The position numbers and the translations under genes were made by a program. This document shows, piece by piece, positions 6,879 to 16,508 of a DNA stretch of 24,000 nt. Source of the DNA: an archaeon (GTDB lineage: Archaea; AGJL01; Methanococci; Methanococcales; Methanocaldococcaceae). Where the stretch lies: NCBI GenBank assembly GCA_024278985.1, contig JAJRSC010000005.1:40188-64187 (forward strand), given 5' to 3'. Below the pieces are notes generated by a model. It saw only the letters and a program-made list of their open reading frames with translations. It did no database searches and was not told where the DNA came from. The stretch's first letter is position 1. Each line of letters starts with the position of its first letter.

Positions 6879-7548
6879 CTTTAATCCTTTTAATTATTGC
6901 TATAGAGAGATAGTCAGAAAATTCATCAAAATTTATATTGTCTATGTTCCCAATAGCTATTTTTTCATCTTCAAATGTAGCCCTTTTAACTAATCCAACA
7001 ATTATATTTTTATTATTGATTTTTTTTAATACATCTTTTAAGTTTTTTGTTTTCATTACTATTATAGTATCAAAATCATTAATATACTTTTCAATATCTT
7101 TACCATGTGGTAAAATACATAATTTTTCATTACCCTCTACTAATGGCATATTTAATGCTTTAGCAGCTGAAAATATGGATGAGATTCCATTTATTATTTC
7201 AACTTTAACCCCTTTTTTTGCTAAAATTTTCCAAATATATGAGAAAGTACTATATAAAGTAGGGTCTCCAAGAGTTAGAACAGCAACATCTTTATTTTCT
7301 TTTAAAATTTTTTCAGCTGCTTTTTCCCTATAATATTTTAATTTTTCTTTATATTTAATCATAGGAAATAGAAGTGTTTCAACTTCTTTATCTTTAATAT
7401 AATCCTTAACAATTTCATAGGCAACTGATGGTTTTCCTTCTTTTGATATTGGAACAAATATTTTATCAACTTTTTTTAATATATTTAAAGATTTTAGGGT
7501 TATTAATTCTTTATCTCCTGGTCCTACTCCAATACCATAAACAATCAT
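6865..7548 (-). CDS. cbiL: Cobalt-factor II / precorrin-2 C20-methyltransferase
   Basis: 227 aa. MIVYGIGVGPGDKELITLKS is the tetrapyrrole methylase N-terminal motif, followed by VLTLGDPTLYSTF. AGGGAT Shine-Dalgarno. Confidence 0.8.
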   Translation of the reverse strand: MIVYGIGVGPGDKELITLKSLNILKKVDKIFVPISKEGKPSVAYEIVKDYIKDKEVETLLFPMIKYKEKLKYYREKAAEKILKENKDVAVLTLGDPTLYSTFSYIWKILAKKGVKVEIINGISSIFSAAKALNMPLVEGNEKLCILPHGKDIEKYINDFDTIIVMKTKNLKDVLKKINNKNIIVGLVKRATFEDEKIAIGNIDNINFDEFSDYLSIAIIKRIKDDDN

Positions 7549-7558
7549 TTTAATCCCT

Positions 7559-7741
7559 TTATTCTTTTACAGTTATAGCAAATTTCCCTTTAAAATCTAT
7601 ATTTATTTTTTTGGCAATTTCTGATTTTTTAGGGTCAATAATAATTAATAAACCTGTCCAGTTTTCACTTGTTGGAGAACCACATATAGGACATTCATCT
7701 TCTTCAGTAAGATATTTACATTTTAAACATGCCTTTAACAT
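7559..7741 (-). CDS. spt4: Transcription elongation factor Spt4 (formerly RNAP subunit E'')
   Basis: 60 aa. Zinc ribbon CLKC...CPIC followed by WTGLLIIIDP. Lies directly downstream of rpo7. Confidence 0.85.
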   Translation of the reverse strand: MLKACLKCKYLTEEDECPICGSPTSENWTGLLIIIDPKKSEIAKKINIDFKGKFAITVKE

Positions 7742-7742
7742 A

Positions 7743-8315
7743 TTATTTCACCATCATATTCTTCTCTTTCTTCTTTTTCTCTTCTTCAATCCATTCAATT
7801 TTTCCTAAATATGGCTGTCTCATGGTTAAAGCTATTTTACTACCTCTCTTTCTTTCTGGTCTTAAACTTACTGCAACAATTCTTGCTCTAACTATGTCTC
7901 CAATTTCTATAACCTTCCCACTCTCTTTTCCTATTATTGCCTCTCTTTTTGGGTCATAAACCACATAATCATCCATTATTTGAGAAACATGGACTAAACC
8001 ATCTAATGGTCCTAACCTTACAAAAGCTCCAAATTCAACAACATCAACAACCTCTCCCTCAACAACTTCATATAACTCTGGTTTATAAACTAAGACTTCA
8101 AATTCTACAGGATGATAAGCTGACCCATCTCCATGAACAACTAATCCAGTCCCTACTTTATTAACATCAACAATTGATAAAACAAACCCAATATCTTTGT
8201 CTAATCTACTCTCATATTTATCTATTAAAATCTTTTTTATAGTTTCTTTTAAATCATTCCCAAATTCATCTGGAGGAACTTTAACAATATCTAAAACCTT
8301 CAATATTTTATACAC
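7743..8315 (-). CDS. rpoE: DNA-directed RNA polymerase subunit Rpo7 (E')
   Basis: 190 aa. N-terminal Rpb7-like domain plus S1 fold ([27 protein letters not shown]). GTG start at 8315-8313 preceded by GGGTGGGA. Confidence 0.9.
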   Translation of the reverse strand: MYKILKVLDIVKVPPDEFGNDLKETIKKILIDKYESRLDKDIGFVLSIVDVNKVGTGLVVHGDGSAYHPVEFEVLVYKPELYEVVEGEVVDVVEFGAFVRLGPLDGLVHVSQIMDDYVVYDPKREAIIGKESGKVIEIGDIVRARIVAVSLRPERKRGSKIALTMRQPYLGKIEWIEEEKKKKEKNMMVK

Positions 8316-8390
8316 TATCCCACCCTAAATTTTTGAAATATAAAAAAATAAAAAATAAGATTGAGATGAATAAAAAAATCTAATAAAAAA

Positions 8391-8406
8391 TTGTTAAAAT
8401 AAAAAA
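8391..8406 (-). terminator. Oligo-T tract directly after the tRNA 3' end
   Basis: The minus strand reads TTTTTTATTTTAACAA immediately after ...ACCA. Archaeal termination uses T-runs. Confidence 0.5.
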
Positions 8407-8485
8407 TGGTAGCGGGGGGAGGATTTGAACCTCCGATCTCCGGGTTATGAGCCCGGCGGGATGGACCTGGCTACCCCACCCCGCT
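8407..8485 (-). tRNA. tRNA-iMet: tRNA-Met (CAU), initiator type, genomically encoded CCA
   Basis: Minus strand: AGCGGGGTGGGGTAGCCAGGTCCATCCCGCCGGGCTCATAACCCGGAGATCGGAGGTTCAAATCCTCCCCCCGCTACCA. 7-bp acceptor stem with A1:U72. Anticodon loop CTCATAA. Three G:C pairs at the base of the anticodon stem. T arm GGAGG-TTCAAAT-CCTCC. It is the only GC-rich island in the window. Confidence 0.9.
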
Positions 8486-8505
8486 ACATAAATCCAAAAA
8501 AGAGC

Positions 8506-8516
8506 AATATATTTTT
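8506..8516 (-). promoter_or_regulatory. Probable TATA box for the tRNA gene
   Basis: The minus strand reads AAAAATATATT about 25-30 nt upstream of tRNA position 1. Confidence 0.4.
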
Positions 8517-8569
8517 AATAAGAAAATAATATATAAAATTTTTGTTGTTGTGCTATTTTCCTTCACAAC

Positions 8570-10180
8570 TTATAACATGTATCTTTTTCTTTTTTCAACA
8601 TCATCCATTAATGATAGGATTAATTTCCAATTTTTAAATTCTTTTTTATATCCCTCTAAGAACTTTTCCCAAATATTATTATATGTTGAGTAATGTGTTG
8701 ATTGTATTGCCTTTTTAAAAACTATTAAATCAACAGCTTTATCTTCATCTAAGTTAGAATATTTTGATAATCCAAAGTCAATTATATATAAATCATTATC
8801 AGCATAAATAAAGTTAGATGTAGTTAAATCATTATGAATAATGTTATTTTTATGTAATTTCCCAACAATTTCTCCAACTTTAATAGCCAAATCTATATTG
8901 TTATCAATAATATCCTTTAATTTTGACCCCTTTATATAGGATAACGTTATTTTTTTATTTTTTAAATCTACATCAAACACATAGGGGGCTTTAATGTTAA
9001 AATCTTTAATATATGATAAAAATTTAGCTTCTTTATTTGTTCTCTCTTTTCTAATTCTTTCATCTAATTCTAAATTCCTATAATTTTTTTTCATTCTTTC
9101 TTTAATAACAACATCATAATCTAAATATTTAGATTTTTTTATACTTGCTTCAGCTCCTTTTCCTATAAGGTCTTTAGGGAGTTTTCTTTTCCTTCCTTTA
9201 ACTTCTTTAATCCAACTAACCTCTACCATATCAGTCCTATAGTAGGGAATAATTTTAGTATCTTCAATGTTCATCCTTTTTCCACTTTTATACTCTAAAA
9301 TACCAAGCCATGCAATCATTGCTCCATTATCTCCACAGACATCTTTAGGTGGAATATAAAAATCTGCTCCTTGTTCTTTACTCATTTCCTTTAACATTTC
9401 TTGTAATCTTTTATTTACTGCAACACCTCCAACTAATAAAACTTCTCCTTTTTCTGTATGTGCTAATGCCCTCTCAGTTATTTCTGTTAGCATAGCAAAA
9501 GCATACTCCTGTAAAGAGAAGCAAACATCTTCTTTACTTTCTCCACCATCATATGCCCTCATACATGCAGTTAATAAACCTGAAAAGGCAACATCCATTC
9601 CTTTAACAGTGTAAGGAAGATTTAATAATTTTTTTCCTTTCTTTGCAAGTTCTTCAATATATGGCCCTCCTGGATGAGGTAGAGATAGATATCTTGCAAG
9701 TTGGTCTAAACAATTTCCAACAGCAATATCTAATGTTTCCCCAAAAACTCTATATTTTTTAGCAATATATGCAATAACTTGAGTATTTCCACCACTTACA
9801 TAAAGAGTTAAAGGGTCTTCAGCTTTAGTTGTTAATTTTCCTATTTCAATATGGGCAATACAGTGATTTACTCCAATTATTGGAACTCCTAAACTTAATG
9901 CTAATGCTCTTGCAGCAGTAGCTGTAACTCTTAAACTTGGTCCTAATCCAGGACCCTGAGAAAAAGCAACTAAGTCGATATCTTTTTTATCAACGACATT
10001 AAAAGCTTCTTTTATTAATTTTGGAAATGTTTCTGCATGATGGTCTGCAGCTTCTCTTGGATTTATTCCCTGTTTAGGAGGGGTGTAAATAACTGACTTA
10101 TTAAAAAGAATCTCTCCATCATCTGTAACTATACCAACTCCTGTTTTTTCAGCAGTACCTTCAAGTCCTATACATATCAT
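8570..10180 (-). CDS. kae1: Kae1-Bud32 fusion protein (tRNA t6A threonylcarbamoyltransferase fused to Bud32 kinase/ATPase)
   Basis: The Kae1 part has [31 protein letters not shown] and CGDNGAMIA. The Bud32 part has [10 protein letters not shown] and IIDFGLS. I place the start at ATG 10180. The track's TTG at 10228 adds 16 non-conserved residues. Confidence 0.9.
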   Translation of the reverse strand: MICIGLEGTAEKTGVGIVTDDGEILFNKSVIYTPPKQGINPREAADHHAETFPKLIKEAFNVVDKKDIDLVAFSQGPGLGPSLRVTATAARALALSLGVPIIGVNHCIAHIEIGKLTTKAEDPLTLYVSGGNTQVIAYIAKKYRVFGETLDIAVGNCLDQLARYLSLPHPGGPYIEELAKKGKKLLNLPYTVKGMDVAFSGLLTACMRAYDGGESKEDVCFSLQEYAFAMLTEITERALAHTEKGEVLLVGGVAVNKRLQEMLKEMSKEQGADFYIPPKDVCGDNGAMIAWLGILEYKSGKRMNIEDTKIIPYYRTDMVEVSWIKEVKGRKRKLPKDLIGKGAEASIKKSKYLDYDVVIKERMKKNYRNLELDERIRKERTNKEAKFLSYIKDFNIKAPYVFDVDLKNKKITLSYIKGSKLKDIIDNNIDLAIKVGEIVGKLHKNNIIHNDLTTSNFIYADNDLYIIDFGLSKYSNLDEDKAVDLIVFKKAIQSTHYSTYNNIWEKFLEGYKKEFKNWKLILSLMDDVEKRKRYML

Positions 10181-10273
10181 AATTTTCCCTAATGATGTAG
10201 TTTTAAAGTAAAATATATTATATACCAAATACCTTAATTTAATTTTTGATAAAACTATCTAAAGGTTTTTGAA

Positions 10274-11176
10274 ATGCTTGAAATAGAAATAAAAAATATT
10301 AAGTTTAAAAATCCAGTATTTTTGGCAAGTGGAATAATGGGCTCTACTGGAAAAAGTTTGATTAGAATAGCTAAAAATGGAGCAGGGGCAGTTACTACTA
10401 AATCAATAGGTTATTATCCAAACAAAGGACATAAAAATCCAACTATTGTGGAGCTTGGAGATAGTATATTAAATGCTATTGGCTTATCAAATCCTGGAAT
10501 AGAGGAGTATGAAGAAGAACTTAAAAAAGCAAAACCTATTTTAGAAAAGATGAATACTAAAATAATTGGTTCTATATATGGAAAAGATGAAGAGGAATTT
10601 ATAAAAGTTGCTAAAGTTATGGAAAAATATGTTGATATTATTGAACTAAATATATCCTGTCCTCATGCTAAGGGATATGGTGCAACAATAGGACAAAATC
10701 CTGAATTAACATATAATGTATGTAGAGCAGTTAAAAAATCTGTTTCAGTTCCAGTTTTTGCTAAATTAACACCAAATGTTACAGATATTATTGAAATTGC
10801 AGAATCAGCATACAATGCTAAAATTGATGGATTTGTGGCTATAAATACAGTTAGAGGTATGAAAATAGATATTAAAGCTAAAAAACCAATTTTATATAAT
10901 AAATTTGGAGGTTTAAGTGGTAGAGCAATAAAACCTATTGGGGTTAAAATTGTTTATGATTTATATGAAAACTTTAATCTTCCTATTATTGGAGTTGGAG
11001 GAATTTTTAATGGAGAGGATGCAATTGAGTATTTTTTAGCAGGAGCTTCAGCTGTACAAGTTGGAACTGCTGTAATGAAAGATTATAACATATTCAAAAA
11101 AATATGTGAAGAGATAAAAAAATATCTAATTGAAGAAGATTTAAAATTAAAGGAAATAATTGGAATGGCTCATTAA
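10274..11176 (+). CDS. pyrD: Dihydroorotate dehydrogenase, class 1 catalytic subunit
   Basis: 300 aa. FKNPVFLASG, GAVTTKSI, NISCPHAKG, NTVRG and GVGGI are class-1 DHOD TIM-barrel motifs. Confidence 0.85.
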   Translation: MLEIEIKNIKFKNPVFLASGIMGSTGKSLIRIAKNGAGAVTTKSIGYYPNKGHKNPTIVELGDSILNAIGLSNPGIEEYEEELKKAKPILEKMNTKIIGSIYGKDEEEFIKVAKVMEKYVDIIELNISCPHAKGYGATIGQNPELTYNVCRAVKKSVSVPVFAKLTPNVTDIIEIAESAYNAKIDGFVAINTVRGMKIDIKAKKPILYNKFGGLSGRAIKPIGVKIVYDLYENFNLPIIGVGGIFNGEDAIEYFLAGASAVQVGTAVMKDYNIFKKICEEIKKYLIEEDLKLKEIIGMAH

Positions 11177-11736
11177 TCTTTATTATACTCATCTAAGCAA
11201 TCTTCACAGAGATATCTACCATTATAATATCTTAAAATTCCATAGTTTCCACAAGATTCACATATTCCTTCTATAACCTCTTCTTTTTCTGATTCTATAT
11301 TTGATGATGAATATTTAGAATACTCTAAAATGATATCTATTATTCTTGGAGCAATTCTAACAATATCACTTTGAGTTACTATTCCTATTACACTTCCATC
11401 TTTTACTACTGGAAGACGTTTTATATTGTATTTTGCCATTAGTTCAGCAGCTTCTTTTATAGGTTTATTATATTCAATAGTTATTACTTTTTTTCTCATT
11501 ACTTCCTCAACTTTTACATCTTTAGGCTTTAAATTTTTTGCAACTACTTTTTTAATAATATCTCTCTCAGTAATTATACCAATTGGTTTATTGTTTTCAT
11601 CAACAACAATAACTGCCCCTATATTTTTATCTTTTAATATATTTGCAACTTCATATATAGTAGTGTCTTTATTTACACTATTTACTGGAAAACTCATTAT
11701 TTCTGAGACTGGAATATTTAAAGTTTCTTCAATCAT
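11173..11736 (-). CDS. CBS-domain pair protein with C-terminal zinc ribbon
   Basis: 187 aa. Two CBS repeats (GAVIVVDENNKPIGIITERDI and KRLPVVKDGSVIGIVTQSDI) followed by CESCG...CEDC. AGGTGAG Shine-Dalgarno. Confidence 0.8.
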   Translation of the reverse strand: MIEETLNIPVSEIMSFPVNSVNKDTTIYEVANILKDKNIGAVIVVDENNKPIGIITERDIIKKVVAKNLKPKDVKVEEVMRKKVITIEYNKPIKEAAELMAKYNIKRLPVVKDGSVIGIVTQSDIVRIAPRIIDIILEYSKYSSSNIESEKEEVIEGICESCGNYGILRYYNGRYLCEDCLDEYNKD

Positions 11737-12092
11737 AACATCTCACCTAAATAACCTCTAAACTAATTAACTTAAGTTAATTTTTATTTATATTTTATTT
11801 TATCCTAATAAATTTATATATGTTAATATTCTGCTAATATATTATTATGTATATTAAAATATATATTACTTTGTTAGTAATAATAAAGAAAATAAAGAAA
11901 CAACTAACAGTATGATTATGGATAAACTATTCTTTATTAATTCTTAACTACACTTTTTGACAACTTCATAAAATGATATCCCATTTTTGTGGCTTAAATA
12001 TTCGATACAATTAAATAGCATCCCTATTTGTTTTAAAAATTCGATATTATAATAAATAATTTCCCTTAACGTCTAAAATCGATTTATCTCGT

Positions 12093-13178
12093 TTATGTTT
12101 TTCCTCTACTTCTATATTTATAAAATATTCTACACGTTCCTTCTTCTGAGACCATACAACTACCAACTGGATTTAATGGATTACAAACTTTTCCAAATAA
12201 CTTACAGTCAGTTGGAAGTTTTTCTCCTCTTAAAATTTTATCGCATATACAACCTTTAGGGATTTTTTCTTTAATTTCTGGGATATATTCATGTTCATAA
12301 ATATCAAATCTTTTATATTCCTCTTTTAAGCCAAAACCACCATTTTTAATAACTGGAAATCCTCTCCATCTACATGAAATACTTTCAAAAACCTCATTTA
12401 TTATTTTTTGAGCTAAAACATTTCCTTCAGGTTTTACAGCTCTTATATATTCATTCTCAACTTTTGCCTCTCCATTAATTACTTGCTTTAATATCATAAT
12501 TATAGCCATTAATACATCAATTGGCTCAAATCCAGCAACAACCATTGGAGCTTTGTATTTTTCACATAACTTATAATATGGTTTTAAGCCAGTTATTGTT
12601 GAAACATGTCCAGGGCAGATAAAAGCGTCTAAATAAACACCCTCACTCAGTAAAAACTCCATAACTGGAGGTGTTTGTCTATGACAATTTAAAATAAAAA
12701 AGTTGTCAATATCTTTATTTTTTAAATTTATAAGTTCTGCTCCAGTTGTTGGAGCAGTTGTCTCAAATCCAATAGCTACAAAAATAAATTTTTTATCTCT
12801 CTCTTTTTTAGCCATCTTTACAGCATCACTTATACTATAAACAATTCTGACATCACAACCCTCAGATTGCTTTTCCATTAATGATTTTTCACTTCCTGGC
12901 ACTCTATATATATCTCCAAGGGTTGTTATAACATATCCATTATCTGCTAAATATATGGCTGTATCAATCTCTTTTTGTGTTGTTACACATACAGGACACC
13001 CAGGGCCTGGAACAACAGTTATATTTTTGGGTAATATTTCTCTAATACCATATTTACAAATTGTATGTTCATGACTACCACATACATGCATAATTTTTAA
13101 TTTATCAACTTTATTAGAAAGTTCATTTATTTTGTCAATTGCCTTTTTTATGAGAGTTTTGTCATTTAAATTAATCAT
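12093..13178 (-). CDS. hypD: [NiFe]-hydrogenase maturation factor HypD
   Basis: 361 aa with MHVCGSHEHT, GPGCPVCVT, GFETTAPT and CPGHVS. The start overlaps the hemD stop by 8 nt. Confidence 0.9.
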   Translation of the reverse strand: MINLNDKTLIKKAIDKINELSNKVDKLKIMHVCGSHEHTICKYGIREILPKNITVVPGPGCPVCVTTQKEIDTAIYLADNGYVITTLGDIYRVPGSEKSLMEKQSEGCDVRIVYSISDAVKMAKKERDKKFIFVAIGFETTAPTTGAELINLKNKDIDNFFILNCHRQTPPVMEFLLSEGVYLDAFICPGHVSTITGLKPYYKLCEKYKAPMVVAGFEPIDVLMAIIMILKQVINGEAKVENEYIRAVKPEGNVLAQKIINEVFESISCRWRGFPVIKNGGFGLKEEYKRFDIYEHEYIPEIKEKIPKGCICDKILRGEKLPTDCKLFGKVCNPLNPVGSCMVSEEGTCRIFYKYRSRGKT

Positions 13179-13920
13179 CGTTTCCCTCTAATTTTCTTAG
13201 ATTTTTAATAACCTCTAAAATTCCCTCAATAGTGTATTTCTTAGGAATCAGTGGTTTAAAGCCAAAATCTTTAATAACTTTGGCAGTTATTGGACCAATA
13301 GCAACAATATAATTATTCTTTATAATATTGGTAAAATCCTCATCAACATATTTAAAAAAGTTTTTTGCAGTTAATCCACTTGTAAAAGTTAAAATAAATC
13401 TTTTATCTTTTAATTCTTCTTTTAATTTGTTAATTTTTTCCTTTAAATTTTCTGGCTCAACAGATTTATATACAAACACCAAATCAGCATTTAAGTTATT
13501 TTTTAAAATATCCCTTGTTGATGGTGTTGTAGGAATTAAAAATTTTTCATTACTTTTAGCAACTTTTTTAATCTCCTCTAAGAGAGAGTCAGCAGTGTAT
13601 TCTTTTGGAATTATATCTGGTTCTCTACCAAAATATTTTTTAAAAGTTTTTGCTGTTTTTTCTCCAATAACTGCAATTTTTTTATTTTTTATTATTTCTT
13701 TTTGATTCTTATTTATTATGTTATATAATCCAATAACTCCACTTGGTGATGTAAAAACTACCCAATCATAGTTATTTAAACTAACTTCTACATTTTTGTT
13801 ATAAATAAGTTTTAAAGTTGGAAATATTACTGGCTCAAAGTTCTCTTTTTTTAATAACTCTGCAAATGTTTTAGCTCTCTCTATAGGTCTTGTTATAATA
13901 ACTTTCATAATATATCCCAT
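13171..13920 (-). CDS. hemD: Uroporphyrinogen-III synthase
   Basis: 249 aa. KVIITRP...FPTLKL...WVVFTSPSGV is the two-lobed HemD pattern. An alternative start at ATG 13908 (MKVIITRP) is equally plausible. Confidence 0.75.
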   Translation of the reverse strand: MGYIMKVIITRPIERAKTFAELLKKENFEPVIFPTLKLIYNKNVEVSLNNYDWVVFTSPSGVIGLYNIINKNQKEIIKNKKIAVIGEKTAKTFKKYFGREPDIIPKEYTADSLLEEIKKVAKSNEKFLIPTTPSTRDILKNNLNADLVFVYKSVEPENLKEKINKLKEELKDKRFILTFTSGLTAKNFFKYVDEDFTNIIKNNYIVAIGPITAKVIKDFGFKPLIPKKYTIEGILEVIKNLRKLEGNDD

Positions 13921-14578
13921 TATTAATTAAATCTAATTTTATTCCATTGAATTCTTGATAAATATAAATCTTATTTCCCATATCAATTACTTTGCAATTA
14001 ACTGCATTTGTTTTTTGTTTTAAATAGTTTTCAAGTTTTTCAGTGTCTATTTTTATATTGTTTAATTTTTTAGATACATAAACAAGATATGTTTTATTTG
14101 AATTTAAATCATAGTATATGCCAATTACATAATATTTTTTATATATAAGAATGTCTTTATAATTTGATGGAACTGTGTTAATTAAATTATTTATCTCAGC
14201 TTTACCTAAATCTAATTTATTTGGATTTTTTATAATAACTCCATTATAGTATTTAAAACCATTAATTGGAAAATACTTAAACAAAAATCCAAGTGGCATT
14301 TTAATGCCAATACTTCCATGAGTTCCTATATAAATACCATTAATAGAAATTAGAATTTCCTTATACATCCCTGAAATATTTTGATTTTTGTCTTTAATTA
14401 TCATAAGTGTCTTATGGTCTATATAGGTAAATTCCTTAAATGGAGAATTTTCAACAACCTCCTTAACATTCTTTGCACCTCCCATATGGGTATATAGATA
14501 AATCCCAAAAATAGGAATTGGAAGAATATTTATTATTAAAAATATTAATAGCATTATCTTAATTTTTTTATAACTCAT
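13871..14578 (-). CDS. Hypothetical membrane-anchored (N-terminal TM/signal anchor) protein
   Basis: 235 aa. The N-terminus KIKIMLLIFLIINILPIPIFGIYLY is hydrophobic. The rest is Asn/Lys/Tyr-rich with no motif I recognise. The 3' end overlaps hemD by 38-50 nt. Confidence 0.55.
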   Translation of the reverse strand: MSYKKIKIMLLIFLIINILPIPIFGIYLYTHMGGAKNVKEVVENSPFKEFTYIDHKTLMIIKDKNQNISGMYKEILISINGIYIGTHGSIGIKMPLGFLFKYFPINGFKYYNGVIIKNPNKLDLGKAEINNLINTVPSNYKDILIYKKYYVIGIYYDLNSNKTYLVYVSKKLNNIKIDTEKLENYLKQKTNAVNCKVIDMGNKIYIYQEFNGIKLDLINNGIYYESYYNKTYRES

Positions 14579-14877
14579 CTTCTCACATGATACTTAGATA
14601 TTAAATTTATTGTTATAATAATTATAAAAAGAATTTTATTAGGAGGAAATATTTTCTTAATTTTTTTTCTTAATATAAAAGTAACCAAAAATAATATAAA
14701 GTAAAAAACTAAGTAATAATTTATTATATATTGGTAATATTTATTCATTAAGTTTAATAGTGCTATATTAATTAATGTGAAATTATGAGTAAGTTATTTG
14801 ATTAAACTATAAAACACATAATAGAGTTTTTAAATGAAAGTATTTTTTATGAAAAATATACAAGAGTTCAGGGACTT

Positions 14878-15615
14878 TTGCAAAATATAGAAAGTAGAAT
14901 TAAAATTATTTCTTTAGTAATATTACTTATAGGAGCTGTTATGTCAAAAAACATTATTACTCTTATTATTTTTAATATCATTGCTTTGTTACTTGCATAT
15001 TTATCAAATATTCCAATTAAATACTATTTAAAAAGAGTGTATATTTTTATCCCTATTTTTGCAGGAATTATTTCTATTCCAGTTATATTTAATTTTGTAA
15101 CTCCTGGCCATGATATCCTTGTTATTCTTAACAATCCACATATATCAATAACTTATGAAGGAGTTATTTATGCCATAACATTTACTTTAAGAGTTGCTAC
15201 ATGTGTATCATATGCAATTTTAATTCCTATGACTACACAATGGAATAAAGTAACCTATGCTATTGGTAAATTAGGAGTTCCTGACATTGTCATTACAATA
15301 ACAAACCTTGCTTATAGATATATATTTTTACTTTTAAATTTTGTTTTAGATATGATGTCTTCAAGAAAATCAAGGTCTATTCGTAAGTTAGGAATGTTAG
15401 AAAGTTGGATTTTAGGAGGAAAGGCAATTGGAGCTCTATTTATAAAAACTTATGAAATGGGTGAAGATACATACTATGCAATGTTATCAAGAGGTTATAC
15501 TGGAGAAATAAAATATATCTATAATGAAAAAATCACAATAAAAGATATTTTATTCCTTATCTTTTCAATAATATTAGTTGTTTTATTGTTATTATTTGAT
15601 AGAGGGATACTATGA
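14878..15615 (+). CDS. cbiQ: ECF transporter transmembrane (T) component CbiQ
   Basis: 245 aa, multi-TM. N-terminal ESRIKIISLVILL resembles the EcfT DPRTKLL segment. Contains a SSRKSRS loop. The TTG start is the first canonical start after an in-frame stop at 14803. ATGA overlap with cbiO. Confidence 0.75.
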   Translation: MQNIESRIKIISLVILLIGAVMSKNIITLIIFNIIALLLAYLSNIPIKYYLKRVYIFIPIFAGIISIPVIFNFVTPGHDILVILNNPHISITYEGVIYAITFTLRVATCVSYAILIPMTTQWNKVTYAIGKLGVPDIVITITNLAYRYIFLLLNFVLDMMSSRKSRSIRKLGMLESWILGGKAIGALFIKTYEMGEDTYYAMLSRGYTGEIKYIYNEKITIKDILFLIFSIILVVLLLLFDRGIL

Positions 15616-16445
15616 AAGAAGTGTATAAGTTAATAGATGTCTCATACAAATACCCTAATGGAGTTGTAGCATTAGAAAATGTAAATTTAACTATATATAA
15701 AAATGAAATTGTAACTATTTTAGGTCCTAATGGTGCAGGAAAGACAACACTTCTAAAAATTTTAGATGGTCTTATATTTCCAAGCAAAGGAGAGGTTTAT
15801 TTTGAAGGTAAATTATTAACTGAGAAGTTATTAACAGATAAAAAATTAATGGCAGATTTTAGAAAAAAGGTTGGATTTGTTTTTCAAAACCCTGATGTTA
15901 TGTTATTTAATCCAACTGTTTGGGATGAAGTTGCTTATTCTCCACTACATCTTTATTCTAAAGAAAAGGCACTTGAAGTTACTGATAAAGTATTAAAAGA
16001 TATGAAAATTTACCATCTAAAAGATAGACATCCATATAATTTAAGTGGAGGAGAAAAAAAGAAGGTTTCAATAGCATGTATATTGTCTATTGAACCTGAA
16101 GTTATTTTAATGGATGAACCTACAGCATCCTTAGACCCTAAAAGTAGAAATGAAGTTATTAACCTTATAAAATCATTTAAAGAAAAAGGAAAAACAGTTA
16201 TTTTAATAACTCATGATGTAAATATTGCTTCTTTAGCTGATAGATGTTATGTATTAAATAAAAAAATAATATTTGAAGGAACTCCAAAAGAATTATTTTC
16301 ATTAGATTTAGATGAGTTAAATCTAGATGTGCCTGATGTATCAAAACTATTTATTAAATTAAAAAATATGGGATATAACATAAATGAAATTCCATTAACA
16401 GTTGATGAAGCTGTTAATTTACTAACTAAAAAATTTAAAATTTAG
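15612..16445 (+). CDS. cbiO: ECF transporter ATPase component CbiO
   Basis: 277 aa. Walker A GPNGAGKTT, Q-loop, signature LSGGEKKKV, Walker B ILMDEPTASLD, H-loop THD. Confidence 0.9.
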   Translation: MKEVYKLIDVSYKYPNGVVALENVNLTIYKNEIVTILGPNGAGKTTLLKILDGLIFPSKGEVYFEGKLLTEKLLTDKKLMADFRKKVGFVFQNPDVMLFNPTVWDEVAYSPLHLYSKEKALEVTDKVLKDMKIYHLKDRHPYNLSGGEKKKVSIACILSIEPEVILMDEPTASLDPKSRNEVINLIKSFKEKGKTVILITHDVNIASLADRCYVLNKKIIFEGTPKELFSLDLDELNLDVPDVSKLFIKLKNMGYNINEIPLTVDEAVNLLTKKFKI

Positions 16446-16508
16446 AAATAAAAATTTAAATATATTATTTAAAAAATAAAATTAAAAAAATAAAAAAATA
16501 TAATATTA
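16446..16508. terminator. 63-nt spacer of 100% A/T between the convergent cbiO and cbiN-position genes
   Basis: No G or C between the two stop codons. The minus strand carries several T7 runs just after its stop. The plus strand has only short T-runs. Confidence 0.4.

Noticed and set aside
6938-8164. Plus-strand ORFs 6938-7333, 7611-7808, 7729-7959 and 7937-8164
   Set aside because: All are antisense shadows of cbiL, spt4 and rpo7. They have Phe/Leu/Ser-rich composition and mutually overlapping frames.
10181-10228. 16-codon N-terminal extension of Kae1-Bud32 from TTG 10228
   Set aside because: The conserved Kae1 N-terminus ([12 protein letters not shown]) begins at ATG 10180. The extension ([16 protein letters not shown]) is not Kae1-like.
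11426-11761. 111-aa plus-strand ORF
   Set aside because: It is an antisense shadow of the CBS-domain gene.
11737-12092. 356-bp intergenic region with repeated TTCGATA / ATCGAT motifs; possible ncRNA or C/D-box sRNA
   Set aside because: I found no C box (RUGAUGA) paired with a D box (CUGA), no GC-rich stem structure and no ORF. It is most simply the promoter region of the CBS gene plus the hypD terminator. I cannot support a feature here.
13328-13705. 125-aa plus-strand ORF
   Set aside because: It is an antisense shadow of hemD.
14834-14890. 18-codon upstream ORF (MKVFFMKNIQEFRDFCKI) overlapping the cbiQ TTG start; possible leader peptide or riboswitch region
   Set aside because: There is no Shine-Dalgarno and no conserved structure I can see. 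The 299-bp upstream region is plain A/T-rich DNA without the GC-rich helices expected of a cobalamin or NiCo riboswitch.
14941-15615. ATG 14941 with a perfect AGGAG as the cbiQ start
   Set aside because: It would remove the first TM helix and the EcfT-like ESRIK segment. The AGGAG is explained by the codons for Ile-Gly-Ala.
15557-15787. 76-aa minus-strand ORF
   Set aside because: It is antisense across the cbiQ/cbiO junction, and both of those genes have clear motifs.
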